A stretch of 64,000 nucleotides of DNA from NCBI GenBank assembly GCA_963778115.1, contig CAVZSV010000004.1, positions 2,560,001 through 2,624,000 on the forward strand, given 5' to 3'. Positions 37,478-47,356 of the stretch are shown in pieces. Both the position numbers and the translations under genes were made by a program. How positions within the stretch are numbered: position 1 is the first letter of the stretch; every line of letters begins with the position of its first letter. Under the pieces are notes generated by a model, which made no database searches, had not been told where the DNA came from, and saw only the letters and a program-made list of their open reading frames with translations. The stretch comes from an uncultured delta proteobacterium. GTDB lineage: Bacteria > Bdellovibrionota > FAC87 > UBA2466.

Positions 37478-40400
37478 ATGAAGCCTGTAACGTCCGACGT
37501 CCATTTTCCGACGCTAGAAAAACAGATCTTAGCATTTTGGCGAAGCCACGACATTGTGGCCAAAGGGCTTAAAGCCAACGAGGGTAAAGAGGCCTTTGTC
37601 TTTTACGATGGCCCCCCCTTCGCCACGGGCCTGCCTCACTATGGGCATATCTTGGCGGGGACACTCAAGGATATCGTTCCCCGTTACTGGGTGATGAAGG
37701 GTAAATATGTCCAACGTCGCTGGGGCTGGGATTGTCACGGCCTCCCCGTTGAATTTGAGATGGAAAAGGAGCTTTCCCTCTCCGGTCTTCATGAAGTTGA
37801 ACAGTATGGCATCGCCAAATTTAACGAGGCTTGCCGAGCCATCGTTCAGCGCTACACCAAAGAATGGGAAGATATCATTGATCGTACCGGCCGTTGGGTG
37901 GATTTCAAAAACCATTACCGCACGATGGATACCCCCTTCATGGAGAGCGTCTGGTGGGTGGTAAAGCAAATTTGGGACAAAGATCTTATCTTCGAAGGGT
38001 ATCGCGTCATGCCCTACTCTTGGCGAATCTCCACCCCATTATCCAATATGGAAGCGAGTCTAAACTATAAAGAAGTTCAGGATCCGGCACTCACGGTACG
38101 TTTCAAACAGTCAGATAAAGATCGCTACTTTTTGGCCTGGACGACAACGCCTTGGACCCTTCCCTCCAATATGGCGTTATCGGTGAATCCGAAACTCGAT
38201 TACGTTGAAATAGAGGAGGTGACGTCTAAGACCCATTATGTAGTTGCGGCCGCGCGACTGGTTGCTTATTACAAAACGCCGCAAGAATACCGTGTGGTTT
38301 CGGAATTTACGGGGAAGAGTTTAGAGGGATTGACCTACGAACCTCTTTTTCCTTATTTCGCCGAGAAGAAAACCGAAGGGGCCTTTCGCGTTGTTGGAGG
38401 TGATCACGTCTTGGCTACCGATGGAACGGGCATCGTCCATACGGCGCCTGCCTTTGGCGAAGACGATTTTGCGGTCTGCCAGAAATATAAGATTCCTCTT
38501 GTAGCGCCCGTCGACGAAGAAGGAAAATTCACCAAAGAAGTTCCGGAATACGCCGGTCAAAACGTTAAAGAGGCCGATAAAGCCATCATTAAAGACCTAA
38601 AGGCCAAGGGATCTATTGTTCGTCACGATACCCTGGTTCATAACTACCCGTTTTGCTGGCGAAGCGACACGCCTCTCATCTACAAGGCCATCTCAACGTG
38701 GTTTGTTCGCCTCGATCCGATACGCGATAAGATCATCGAGAACAATAAGAAGACTCATTGGGTTCCCGAACATTTGCGGGATGGGCGATTTGGGAATTGG
38801 CTTGAAAATTCTAGGGACTGGAACATAAGCAGAAACCGATTTTGGGGCACACCTATCCCTATTTGGCGCTGTACGCCCGAATGTGGCGAGAAAATATGCC
38901 TAGGTTCCATCGCCGAACTTGAAAAACTGGGAGGAAAGAAGCTCACCGATATTCACAAGCATTTTGTCGACGATATCGAAATCCCCTGTCCCAAGTGTAA
39001 GGCTAAGATGCGTCGGATTCCCGAAGTGTTGGACTGTTGGTTTGAGAGCGGCTCCATGCCCTATGGACAAGCGCACTATCCGTTTGAGAACAAGGAAGCT
39101 TTTGAAAAAACCTTTCCGGCAGACTTTATTGCCGAGGGAATCGATCAGACGCGCGGCTGGTTTTATACCCTGTCTGTGCTTTCCTCTGCTCTGTTCGGCA
39201 AAGAACCTTTTAAGAACGTCATGGTGAATGGGCTCGTGCTTGCCGAAGACGGAAAGAAGATGAGTAAGCGCCTTAAGAATTACCCTGATCCCATGTATGT
39301 CATGGATACTTACGGGGCAGATGCCATGCGCGCCTATCTCATGAGCTCTCCGGCTTCTCACGCTGAAGATCTGAGGTTTTCCGAAAATGGGGTGAAAGAA
39401 ATGGTACGCTCGGTTCTTTTGCCTTTTTGGAATGCGTACAGCTTTTTGGTTACTTACGCCCGTGCGGATGGATGGGAGCCCGACCATTTTGATGAATCCC
39501 GGATGCAGGCCTTGGGAAACGAATTAGATCGCTGGATCGTTTCGCACTTTCAAAGCTTGGTTCGTAAAGTCGATGAAAAGATGGCGGTGTATCACCTTTA
39601 TGAGGTGGTTCCTGAAGTGATCTCGTTTATCGACGAGCTTACTAACTGGTATATCCGTCTTAACCGTCGTCGTTTTTGGAGTGACGAAAAATCCGAGGAC
39701 AAGCTTCAGGCCTATTCCACACTCTACTACGTGCTGCGCGAATTCAGTAAAGTTTTGGCTCCCATCTTACCTTTCATCACAGAAGAGATTTTTCAAAATC
39801 TCTCCATCGGGAAGGAAAAGGGACAGAGCGTTCATTTAAGTCAATTTCCGATAACGCATGTGAAATGGATCGATACCGATCTGGAAGAAGACTTAAGGCT
39901 GGTCCAAAATGTGGTTTCAATGGGACGAAACTTACGAAATACCCATAAGCTGAAGACAAGACAGCCGCTGCGTGAGTTTAAGGTTATTACTCGAGATTCG
40001 AAAGATAAAAGACCGGTCGAGAAGTTTAAGCCTCTGATCGCGCAAGAACTCAATGTAAAGATCGTAAGTTTTGAAAGTGACGAGGCGAAATGGGTCACGA
40101 TGAGTGCTAAGCCCAATGCGAAAGTGCTGGGCCCTCGTTTGGGTACCAAGATGAAGGCCATCTCCCAAAAAATCAGAGAGCTTTCGGCCTCTCAAGTCGC
40201 GGAGTTAGAGACAAAAGGGTCTTTGATCGTAGAGGGCGAAACCATTGGCCGTGACGATATCGTAGTGGAACGCCAAGCTCGGGAAGATGGAATCATTCAG
40301 AATTTAGGCCCTATTACGGTTTGGCTAGATGCGAAGTTGGATGACACGCTCATCGCCGAAGGAAGAGCGCGAGAGTTTGTAAATCGCGTGCAGAAACTGC

Positions 40401-40615
40401 GCAAGGATCTCAATTTCGAGGTCACGGATCGAATTAAAGTGGAATACGAGTGTTCCGTCGAACTCTCTTCCGCCATCGAAAAGCACCGGGACTACATTAC
40501 TAGCGAGACGTTAGCGCAACATCTAATGATCGCTCCGAAACGCACTCAGTGGGTGGTGGAGGAAGCGATTGACGATCTTCAACTTAAACTATCGGTGGAA
40601 AAGATTATTGAATGA
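37478..40615 (+). CDS. ileS: isoleucine--tRNA ligase, type 2
   Basis: DGPPFATGLPHYGH, GWDCHG, WTTTPWTLP, GTGIVH, DWNISR.RFWGTP and KMSKR motifs; long C-terminus without the type-1 zinc finger. Confidence 0.97.
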   Translation: MKPVTSDVHFPTLEKQILAFWRSHDIVAKGLKANEGKEAFVFYDGPPFATGLPHYGHILAGTLKDIVPRYWVMKGKYVQRRWGWDCHGLPVEFEMEKELSLSGLHEVEQYGIAKFNEACRAIVQRYTKEWEDIIDRTGRWVDFKNHYRTMDTPFMESVWWVVKQIWDKDLIFEGYRVMPYSWRISTPLSNMEASLNYKEVQDPALTVRFKQSDKDRYFLAWTTTPWTLPSNMALSVNPKLDYVEIEEVTSKTHYVVAAARLVAYYKTPQEYRVVSEFTGKSLEGLTYEPLFPYFAEKKTEGAFRVVGGDHVLATDGTGIVHTAPAFGEDDFAVCQKYKIPLVAPVDEEGKFTKEVPEYAGQNVKEADKAIIKDLKAKGSIVRHDTLVHNYPFCWRSDTPLIYKAISTWFVRLDPIRDKIIENNKKTHWVPEHLRDGRFGNWLENSRDWNISRNRFWGTPIPIWRCTPECGEKICLGSIAELEKLGGKKLTDIHKHFVDDIEIPCPKCKAKMRRIPEVLDCWFESGSMPYGQAHYPFENKEAFEKTFPADFIAEGIDQTRGWFYTLSVLSSALFGKEPFKNVMVNGLVLAEDGKKMSKRLKNYPDPMYVMDTYGADAMRAYLMSSPASHAEDLRFSENGVKEMVRSVLLPFWNAYSFLVTYARADGWEPDHFDESRMQALGNELDRWIVSHFQSLVRKVDEKMAVYHLYEVVPEVISFIDELTNWYIRLNRRRFWSDEKSEDKLQAYSTLYYVLREFSKVLAPILPFITEEIFQNLSIGKEKGQSVHLSQFPITHVKWIDTDLEEDLRLVQNVVSMGRNLRNTHKLKTRQPLREFKVITRDSKDKRPVEKFKPLIAQELNVKIVSFESDEAKWVTMSAKPNAKVLGPRLGTKMKAISQKIRELSASQVAELETKGSLIVEGETIGRDDIVVERQAREDGIIQNLGPITVWLDAKLDDTLIAEGRAREFVNRVQKLRKDLNFEVTDRIKVEYECSVELSSAIEKHRDYITSETLAQHLMIAPKRTQWVVEEAIDDLQLKLSVEKIIE

Positions 40616-40712
40616 GGGCTCGGATCTTTTTGTCTGTTATTGCGTTATCCAAACGGCACTTATACAGGGAGATTGCTTCTTCGAGTCGTTCCAGTGGCAA
40701 AAGGAAAAAGCC

Positions 40713-42026
40713 TTACAGCCGAAACCATGACGAAACTTGAATTCTATTATTCTGCGCTTGGACTCCATCCGCGTAAGTAGTTTGACTGATGGAGTACTCA
40801 ATACCAGCTCGGATTTGCTTTGTGAAATCGTGATAAATATTGGCAAAGAGGATTTCTGATCGCGTGTAGATAACATTCTTGCCGATATTCGAGTTAACAA
40901 GTTCTGCGGCGTTGCTTGAATTTAATCGGCCGTATCCGACGTTAACGTACGTGCTCCATTGGCTGGGAAGATGGTATTGCAAGACTAAGTTGAAGGTTTG
41001 CAAATTAACGAGCTGAAAGCTCCCATTGGCGTTGATACCGGCGAGCCCTGGATCGAGGTTAATCGACGTATTAGCGACAGAAGTTTGGTTGGCCGCGAAA
41101 GCTCCCAAATTACCGCTCCAACTCGTGAATGCATCTCCGTATCCCGATCCTGCGGTGAGTTCTCCCGACAGCAATAGCGCGTGGCCGTGCTCCGCTTCGG
41201 AAGCCGCAATAATCGGAACCATGGTATCCAACGCTGCTGCATATCCTAAATACCGAGTGGTTCCTCCCAGCCCGTTGCCGTTAGGCGTTTGAAAATTTCT
41301 AAGAGTACCGGACAGCGCCACACTCATGGGTTGAAGGGTGACTTCTCCTGACGAGCTATTAAGGTAAGGGGCTTTTCTCGACGTAATCGAATATTTGGCT
41401 CCGGTATCTAAATTAGGCAATTGTGAGTCTTTCTGAGTCGGCCGAGATAAGGAGGCGCCGACCACAAGGTCCCCAAATTTCTTGAGTGCCGTAATCTGAG
41501 GGGTTCTTTGATACACGACACCCGTCACAGGTGCGACGGAGACCGTCGGGGGAAGGTAATACGTTTGCCATCCAAAAAGCGTCCAAGTCTGCCCTGCGAT
41601 AATCTGCCAGTCGTCGTTATCCGCCATCAGATAAGCGTGTCGCATTCGTAAGGTAGGAGAGGTGTAGGTTGCCCCTTCGCTTCCACTATTAGTGAGGCCG
41701 AGAAGATCAAATTCCAAATAGCCTTTGGACTTCCAATCACTCACGGTTGGCGCCATTGCGGCGAAAGAGATACGGGAGTTTCGTGGCGAAAATTGGGTTT
41801 GGCCGTTAGTTCCATTTAAGGTTCCAGGGCGAGCAATGGGGGCACTTCCTAAAGTCTCCACCAAGCCACGTGTGCTATCGACGATGGTATCGAGTTCGGC
41901 GAATCCGCCTAAGAGTACCTTCCAATCGTTCTGATCTAACAAAGTAACAGCCGCATGAGCGGAGGTATTTAAGAAGGTTCCCACAAGGAACCACCAGGCA
42001 AAGGAACGAAAAACGGAATGCTTCAT
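40713..42026 (-). CDS. outer-membrane beta-barrel porin (DcaP-like)
   Basis: Signal peptide ending AHA; NSRI, GYLEFD, LRMRHAY and AGQTW motifs; C-terminal aromatic beta-signal SWFRL. Confidence 0.8.
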   Translation of the reverse strand: MKHSVFRSFAWWFLVGTFLNTSAHAAVTLLDQNDWKVLLGGFAELDTIVDSTRGLVETLGSAPIARPGTLNGTNGQTQFSPRNSRISFAAMAPTVSDWKSKGYLEFDLLGLTNSGSEGATYTSPTLRMRHAYLMADNDDWQIIAGQTWTLFGWQTYYLPPTVSVAPVTGVVYQRTPQITALKKFGDLVVGASLSRPTQKDSQLPNLDTGAKYSITSRKAPYLNSSSGEVTLQPMSVALSGTLRNFQTPNGNGLGGTTRYLGYAAALDTMVPIIAASEAEHGHALLLSGELTAGSGYGDAFTSWSGNLGAFAANQTSVANTSINLDPGLAGINANGSFQLVNLQTFNLVLQYHLPSQWSTYVNVGYGRLNSSNAAELVNSNIGKNVIYTRSEILFANIYHDFTKQIRAGIEYSISQTTYADGVQAQNNRIQVSSWFRL

Positions 42027-42295
42027 TAGCCAACACCTCAAGATTTAATCTGGCCGATACTCCGTTTTGATGACGAGTCCGTCAAGGTAGGGCGATAGTT
42101 AAATCTGAATTCTGACTAAATCCTAATGAGAGTCGGATCGACGTGACGCAGCACGGCAACCCCAGAACGAATAGTCGTTAACGAATCTGCCATTTAACAA
42201 CGTCCGCCTTTACCAAGATTGGATTCTGGCGGAAAATAAGAGTTCACCTATTTCCTAATATTCCTCTCAAATTTCGGCCTGGCGGAGGTTCCCTC

Positions 42296-44017
42296 GTGTT
42301 GGTCAACCCTAGATATCTTCGCGTTTTAGCGCTCTTTTTTTTGGTATCTCTGTTGGTTGCGGACTGCAGTAGCAGCTCGTCGTCTTCGAGTACGCCGGGT
42401 GGAGGAGGGCCCACCTATACCTGCAATACGATTACCGGAACCGCTTGGGTGCCCTCGGTGCCCGGGACGGGAAATGCGAATCACACTCCCAGCAACATCA
42501 CAGTCGCCACTACCACCATGACCGCCAGTGCGCCTATTATTGGGTTGGCCCAAGCGGCACCCGCTGGGGTGGAAACATCCTTTGCCATACCGATGTCTAC
42601 CGGTCTTGGACCCTATGGCTCTCTAATGTTAACCGCCCAAGTTTCAGGCTTTCCTGGCGGGCTTCAAGGTGGTGCTTTCCCCCTTCTGGTCTCGCTAAAC
42701 GATGGAACGAACGAATATATCAATTTAGCTCGAACCGGAGCATCGGGAGATTGTTGGAATGCCGGATACTATACTTGTAGTGACGCTGGATGTATCCCTA
42801 GCACGGGATGTGTCATTAATTCCCCGAGCGCTTATGTAGATAGAACTCACTGGGAGCAACATCAACTTACGAATGCTACTGCGACCAATACCCCTAGTAC
42901 CAATCTCTTTCCCACCTGTAATTGGACGAACGGAGCGGGAACCGTAATAAATCCGACGTGCGCCTTTAATACGACCTTCTTCCCTTCGGCCACAACCCAG
43001 CTTCGATCGGGAGTGAGTTATACGGCGAAATATGTCTTAGTCAGTGATTCCTACTCGTCTGTTCCGGCGGGCTATTCCGCCACGATTACCGTGAACATTA
43101 CGAAAAAAACTACCGTCACCAGCAGTCAGGGAGGCGCCTTCGATTTGAATATCATTTTGGTGGGCGATCAAACGGTCAGTGACTCTCGAACCGCAAAGGG
43201 ATCTCAGAATTTAAATTCCCTCGTTAATGATGTTGCTACGATTTACGGAGCGACGTCACCGGGGCCAAATCTTAAAATTGGTAATATCAATGCCATCGAG
43301 TGGTCCTGTAATCAAGGGGGAGAGCCCTACGCTACGGTTGATATTAGCCAGTTAGGGGCCATGTTCGGCAGCTCCTCAACACTGGTCCCCGTGGGCGAAC
43401 AAGGAAAGTCACTGAACGTTTTTTTAGTCAGTGGAATTACGGATAATTCCGGGGGAACGGCGGGGTTTACCATCTTAGGATATGACGGGGCCATCGGAGG
43501 CCCCTTGTTAGCGGGTACGGCGGTGAGTGGGGTTACGGCCTCCACATTCGACAGTCTGGCCACCTATAATCCCAATTGTCCGGCGGGATCGGCCCCGTGT
43601 CCCACTGTCGACGAGGAGAGCGCATTTCGTGAATTTAGCACTGTCATTGCTCACGAATTAGGGCACTATTTTAGTTTGAACCATCCGTCGGAGTATCCCG
43701 GAACTCAGCACGACATCATTCCCGATACGAACACTTGCACGGCGACTCAGGATATCGGGGGAACTCTTCAACTTACTATTCAAGCTTGCCAAACCGATAC
43801 GACCGACGATCAAGACCCGACTAGTGTCAGCTGCCATTCCCAATGTCCTGTTTATAACGCCAATAACGGAACCTTTTGTCCGACGGTGCAAGCCTGTCAG
43901 TTTAATGATGTGATGTGGTGGACCGTGAAAAATTACTACGATGGAGGCGGGAGCGACGGAAATATGTTTAGTCCCGATTCTAGCATCCTCATGAATTACA
44001 ACCCCGTCGTTCAATAA
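42296..44017 (+). CDS. secreted or lipoprotein zinc metalloprotease (metzincin, M43-like), Ser/Thr/Cys-rich
   Basis: AHELGHYFSLNH (HExxHxxxxxH), later D.IPDT and a Met-turn-like NDVMW. Confidence 0.75.
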   Translation: MLVNPRYLRVLALFFLVSLLVADCSSSSSSSSTPGGGGPTYTCNTITGTAWVPSVPGTGNANHTPSNITVATTTMTASAPIIGLAQAAPAGVETSFAIPMSTGLGPYGSLMLTAQVSGFPGGLQGGAFPLLVSLNDGTNEYINLARTGASGDCWNAGYYTCSDAGCIPSTGCVINSPSAYVDRTHWEQHQLTNATATNTPSTNLFPTCNWTNGAGTVINPTCAFNTTFFPSATTQLRSGVSYTAKYVLVSDSYSSVPAGYSATITVNITKKTTVTSSQGGAFDLNIILVGDQTVSDSRTAKGSQNLNSLVNDVATIYGATSPGPNLKIGNINAIEWSCNQGGEPYATVDISQLGAMFGSSSTLVPVGEQGKSLNVFLVSGITDNSGGTAGFTILGYDGAIGGPLLAGTAVSGVTASTFDSLATYNPNCPAGSAPCPTVDEESAFREFSTVIAHELGHYFSLNHPSEYPGTQHDIIPDTNTCTATQDIGGTLQLTIQACQTDTTDDQDPTSVSCHSQCPVYNANNGTFCPTVQACQFNDVMWWTVKNYYDGGGSDGNMFSPDSSILMNYNPVVQ

Positions 44018-44031
44018 GGAAGGTCTTTTCG

Positions 44032-44601
44032 ATGACAAAAACGAGAATGGTCACCGTTGTCGTCCTCTCTCTTTATGCGGTATTGGGTTTTGCGGGTAGT
44101 ACTACGGCTCCCCCCGTTTCGGATGAAGTAAAGACTGCGATTTATGCCGAAGGCAAACCCGTCGATGCGAGCTGGCTAAAGAGCCGGAGTACTAACGCTG
44201 ATAGTTTAATAGCCCTCTATCAAAACGAATCTCATATTCGACACCGCTTGCGACTGATCCAGACTTTGGGTAATTTCTCAGACATTCGTACGGTGAATTT
44301 TTTGAAGGAACGGATTTCGCCTACCGAAAATAAGATCGTCCGCATGAATGCTATTCGAGCCTTAGCAAATTCTCTCAATGTCCAAAGTGTTCCTGTCTTA
44401 CAAACACTACTTGGTGACACGAATCCACACATTCGGGTGCAGACTGCCGAAACGCTGCTAGATCTCAATACCCCTGAAGCAAACGCATCCGTGCAGAATT
44501 TTCTATCCTCTGAGAAGGTGGACTGGGTGAGCGCCAAAGTAAGAAAACACTTGGCTGACAAGCAGCCTCTACCGCCTGGCATCGTTCATATCATACGTTA
44601 G
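44032..44601 (+). CDS. secreted HEAT-repeat protein
   Basis: VRMNAIRALA and LLGDTNPHIRVQTAETL repeats; signal peptide. Confidence 0.75.
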   Translation: MTKTRMVTVVVLSLYAVLGFAGSTTAPPVSDEVKTAIYAEGKPVDASWLKSRSTNADSLIALYQNESHIRHRLRLIQTLGNFSDIRTVNFLKERISPTENKIVRMNAIRALANSLNVQSVPVLQTLLGDTNPHIRVQTAETLLDLNTPEANASVQNFLSSEKVDWVSAKVRKHLADKQPLPPGIVHIIR

Positions 44602-44607
44602 AAAGAG

Positions 44608-44645
44608 AAAAAGTCCGCCTCCCGGGCCGAGAGGCGGACTGTTGT
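44608..44645. terminator. bidirectional terminator between convergent genes
   Basis: AGTCCGCCTC/GAGGCGGACT hairpin flanked by an A tract. Confidence 0.7.
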
Positions 44646-44684
44646 TAGGGTTTTAGGGTAGACACGTAAGAGTAACCTGTCTAA

Positions 44685-45224
44685 TTAGGCACCCGTCGAA
44701 GACGACGTAGTACCTGCGGACGGAAAGAGCGTATTTAAGAAGTTCTGCACGACAGGCAGAATTCCCATGATGACGTTAATGATCGCCGCGGAGGCGGGAT
44801 CTAACGTTTCGATCACGGGTGCAATCGCGTCAAAGACCGAAATCAACTCATCCACGATTCCCACCAAGCCACTGCCTGTGCTGGCGCCAGCAAGGATGCT
44901 AGAGACGCCACTGAGTTCTTTCGCGGTTCCCCCACCTGCGGCAAGTTGGAGAATGCCTCTTAAGACCTCTTGATGCGCGGGACTGGTCAATATAGCGGCC
45001 TGAGATGCCGAGACGCCACTGGTGTTGGCCAAGTTATTGAGAACCGTCGTTAGGTTATTCAAGTTAACGGTCTTTGCGGCATTCATCGCAGTCGGATTTT
45101 GCGCAGTAAGAGCGTTAAGAAGGTTGGTTAGAGCGGAAAGGCTCAATCCACCGCTTGAACCGCAACCGGTTACCAGCGAAATGACAAGCATAGGGACAAC
45201 GAACATTTTGGTTATGAATTTCAT
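44685..45224 (-). CDS. hypothetical lipoprotein
   Basis: RBS GAGGAG; lipobox VTGC. Confidence 0.7.
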   Translation of the reverse strand: MKFITKMFVVPMLVISLVTGCGSSGGLSLSALTNLLNALTAQNPTAMNAAKTVNLNNLTTVLNNLANTSGVSASQAAILTSPAHQEVLRGILQLAAGGGTAKELSGVSSILAGASTGSGLVGIVDELISVFDAIAPVIETLDPASAAIINVIMGILPVVQNFLNTLFPSAGTTSSSTGA

Positions 45225-45455
45225 TCTTCGGCTCCTCGTAAACAGGAATTTGGTTAATAGCAATTTAGGAACAACCATCTGAACGGGGAAGCAACGTGCC
45301 GAAAACAACGTCTGGTAGGTTCCATTCTGGAGTGCAGTCGTGTTGGGGAAATGAAGAAAATATATAAATTTACATAGGGTTTGAAACGATAGCTAAATTG
45401 TCGAATTTTAGAACACCTAGACAGTGTTCTCCAGCCTAGTCCATTCGGATCCTTC

Positions 45456-45471
45456 TGGCACATGCGATGCA
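45456..45471 (+). promoter_or_regulatory. sigma54 -24/-12 promoter
   Basis: TGGCAC-ATGCG-ATGCA. Confidence 0.7.
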
Positions 45472-45507
45472 AAGTAGTTAGCAAAATGGCATTCCATGGA
45501 GGTCCCA

Positions 45508-45789
45508 ATGCAGAATAAAGACACAAATAAGAGCGAGCACAAAGGCCACGATCCGCTATTACTAGTATGGGGTATCGCCTACTTCTACTTTGCAGTGCGA
45601 AAGCTTTTCGCCCTTCGAACGTCCCTACAAAATAAAGAGCACTGGGACAACGAATTTACCGGTAGTTTTCCACGCGGGAGCGGAGCGTTGAGCGCGGTTA
45701 CGGGAGGCTCTCCTGAAGATATCAATGAGATGCCTGCAACAGAGAATCCTAATGAGGAAGGTCCCGTGTACGACGGCTCCGATCTGTAA
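45508..45789 (+). CDS. small single-TM hypothetical protein
   Basis: RBS GGAGG; one TM helix; acidic tail. Confidence 0.6.
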   Translation: MQNKDTNKSEHKGHDPLLLVWGIAYFYFAVRKLFALRTSLQNKEHWDNEFTGSFPRGSGALSAVTGGSPEDINEMPATENPNEEGPVYDGSDL

Positions 45790-45802
45790 TTCTCTATTTA
45801 TA

Positions 45803-45818
45803 TGGCACAGTAACTGCA
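45803..45818 (+). promoter_or_regulatory. sigma54 -24/-12 promoter
   Basis: TGGCAC-AGTAA-CTGCA. Confidence 0.7.
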
Positions 45819-45868
45819 CTCGTTTTTTTCAACTGTTTCAAACGTTCACTTATAGAGGAGATACTTTT

Positions 45869-47305
45869 ATGAAGTCGTTACTAATCGGGTTCTCTGTTGC
45901 AATGGGAATCATCTTTTTGCCACTGTTCGCTGCGAGTTGTTCTAGTCAGCGGTATGTAAGCGATGTTGCGGCTCATCCGTCTCCTTCGGACAATCCCTCG
46001 GAAAGAATTGCGGCTTTAGATCGTAAAATTGAAGAGGCACGGCAAGCCAAAGTGGATGTCCTGGCCCCCACTTGGTTTTCAAGTGCTGAAGATTCCCTCA
46101 AGAAAGCCAAGCAGCTTCGAGACAAAGGAGGCGACTTCACAGAACTCTTTACCAGTCTTGCGCAAGGGGAGGCTCAACTTGAACGAGCTAATACCTTCGC
46201 CCAGAGTTCCACGAAATTGCTTCCGGATGTGCTAGAGGCCCGCAGTCAGGCGATGGCTGCCAAGGAGCAGGCGGTTCAGGCGGGTGCTACGAATTTAGAA
46301 GATATCCGAAGCGATTGGAATCATGCGAACAAGGAATTTTTAACCCTCACCGAAGCGGTTGAAGACAATGACATGGTAGTCATCAGTAACGATAAACAAA
46401 ACGTCATCAACGATTTCCGAAAAGTGGTGGTGCGCTCGGTTAAAAAAGAGAAGTTGGGAACCGCAAAAAGGATCCTCGAACAAGCTGAAAAGGAAGGGGC
46501 ATCAAGCTACGCGCCTAAGTCTCTCGGCTTTGCGAAGGAATATATAAGTGCAGCCGAGAAATACATTAGTAACAACCCCTTCGAGGAAAAGAATATCGAC
46601 AAAATGAGTGACGAAGCGGTGTTCTACGCGCGAAGGGCGTTACAAGTTGCCGAGCAAAGCAAGGATTTCGCCAACAAGAAACCAGAAGACTCGGTACTTT
46701 GGTTCGAAGAGAATCTGACTGCGCTAGGCAATGATATGGGCGCTCCGGATGAACGAGATCAGAGCTTGGATCGGCAGCTTGCTGACCTTAAAGATCTCGG
46801 GAGTAAGTTAAAGAGCGGAGATTCACAAGCGCAGCAACTCAAACAAGAGAATGCTAGCCTTAGCAGCCAGGAGATGAAGAATCGCAAGTTCTCCGCTGTG
46901 TCTAAAATGTTTAAGACCAAAGAAGCGGAGGTTCTTCGCCAGGGAGACAAACTGGTCATCCGTTTGAAGGGCTTAAAGTATCCCGTTGGCCAAGCTCGCC
47001 TGGGTTCGGATAATTTCCCGGTGCTTGCCAAAGTAAAGTCGGTGCTTGCTGATTTCCCTAATGCCAATATCACGATCGAGGGAAATACCGATTCTACGGG
47101 AGATGCTAGCGTTAACGAAAAGCTCTCTAAGGAACGTGCCGAAGCGGTTAAAAACTATCTAGTTTCCAATGGCATTTCCGAAGACGCCCTAACGGTGGTG
47201 GGCGAAGGGTTCAATAAACCTATCGCTTCGAATAAAACGAAAGCCGGACGAGCGGCCAACCGTCGTATTGATGTCATTATTGAAACCAAGACTCTGGCCG
47301 AATAA
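45869..47305 (+). CDS. OmpA-family peptidoglycan-binding lipoprotein with helical N-terminal repeats
   Basis: Lipobox AASC; IEGNTDSTG, N.KLS.ERAEAV and NRRID motifs; RBS GAGGAG. Confidence 0.9.
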   Translation: MKSLLIGFSVAMGIIFLPLFAASCSSQRYVSDVAAHPSPSDNPSERIAALDRKIEEARQAKVDVLAPTWFSSAEDSLKKAKQLRDKGGDFTELFTSLAQGEAQLERANTFAQSSTKLLPDVLEARSQAMAAKEQAVQAGATNLEDIRSDWNHANKEFLTLTEAVEDNDMVVISNDKQNVINDFRKVVVRSVKKEKLGTAKRILEQAEKEGASSYAPKSLGFAKEYISAAEKYISNNPFEEKNIDKMSDEAVFYARRALQVAEQSKDFANKKPEDSVLWFEENLTALGNDMGAPDERDQSLDRQLADLKDLGSKLKSGDSQAQQLKQENASLSSQEMKNRKFSAVSKMFKTKEAEVLRQGDKLVIRLKGLKYPVGQARLGSDNFPVLAKVKSVLADFPNANITIEGNTDSTGDASVNEKLSKERAEAVKNYLVSNGISEDALTVVGEGFNKPIASNKTKAGRAANRRIDVIIETKTLAE

Positions 47306-47306
47306 G

Positions 47307-47352
47307 AAAAAGGCGGGGAGCGTAGTGGCCGCTACGCTCCCCGCCTTTTTTT
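47307..47352. terminator. bidirectional intrinsic terminator
   Basis: AAAAAGGCGGGGAGCGTAG...CTACGCTCCCCGCCTTTTTTT. Confidence 0.9.
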
Positions 47353-47356
47353 CTTT

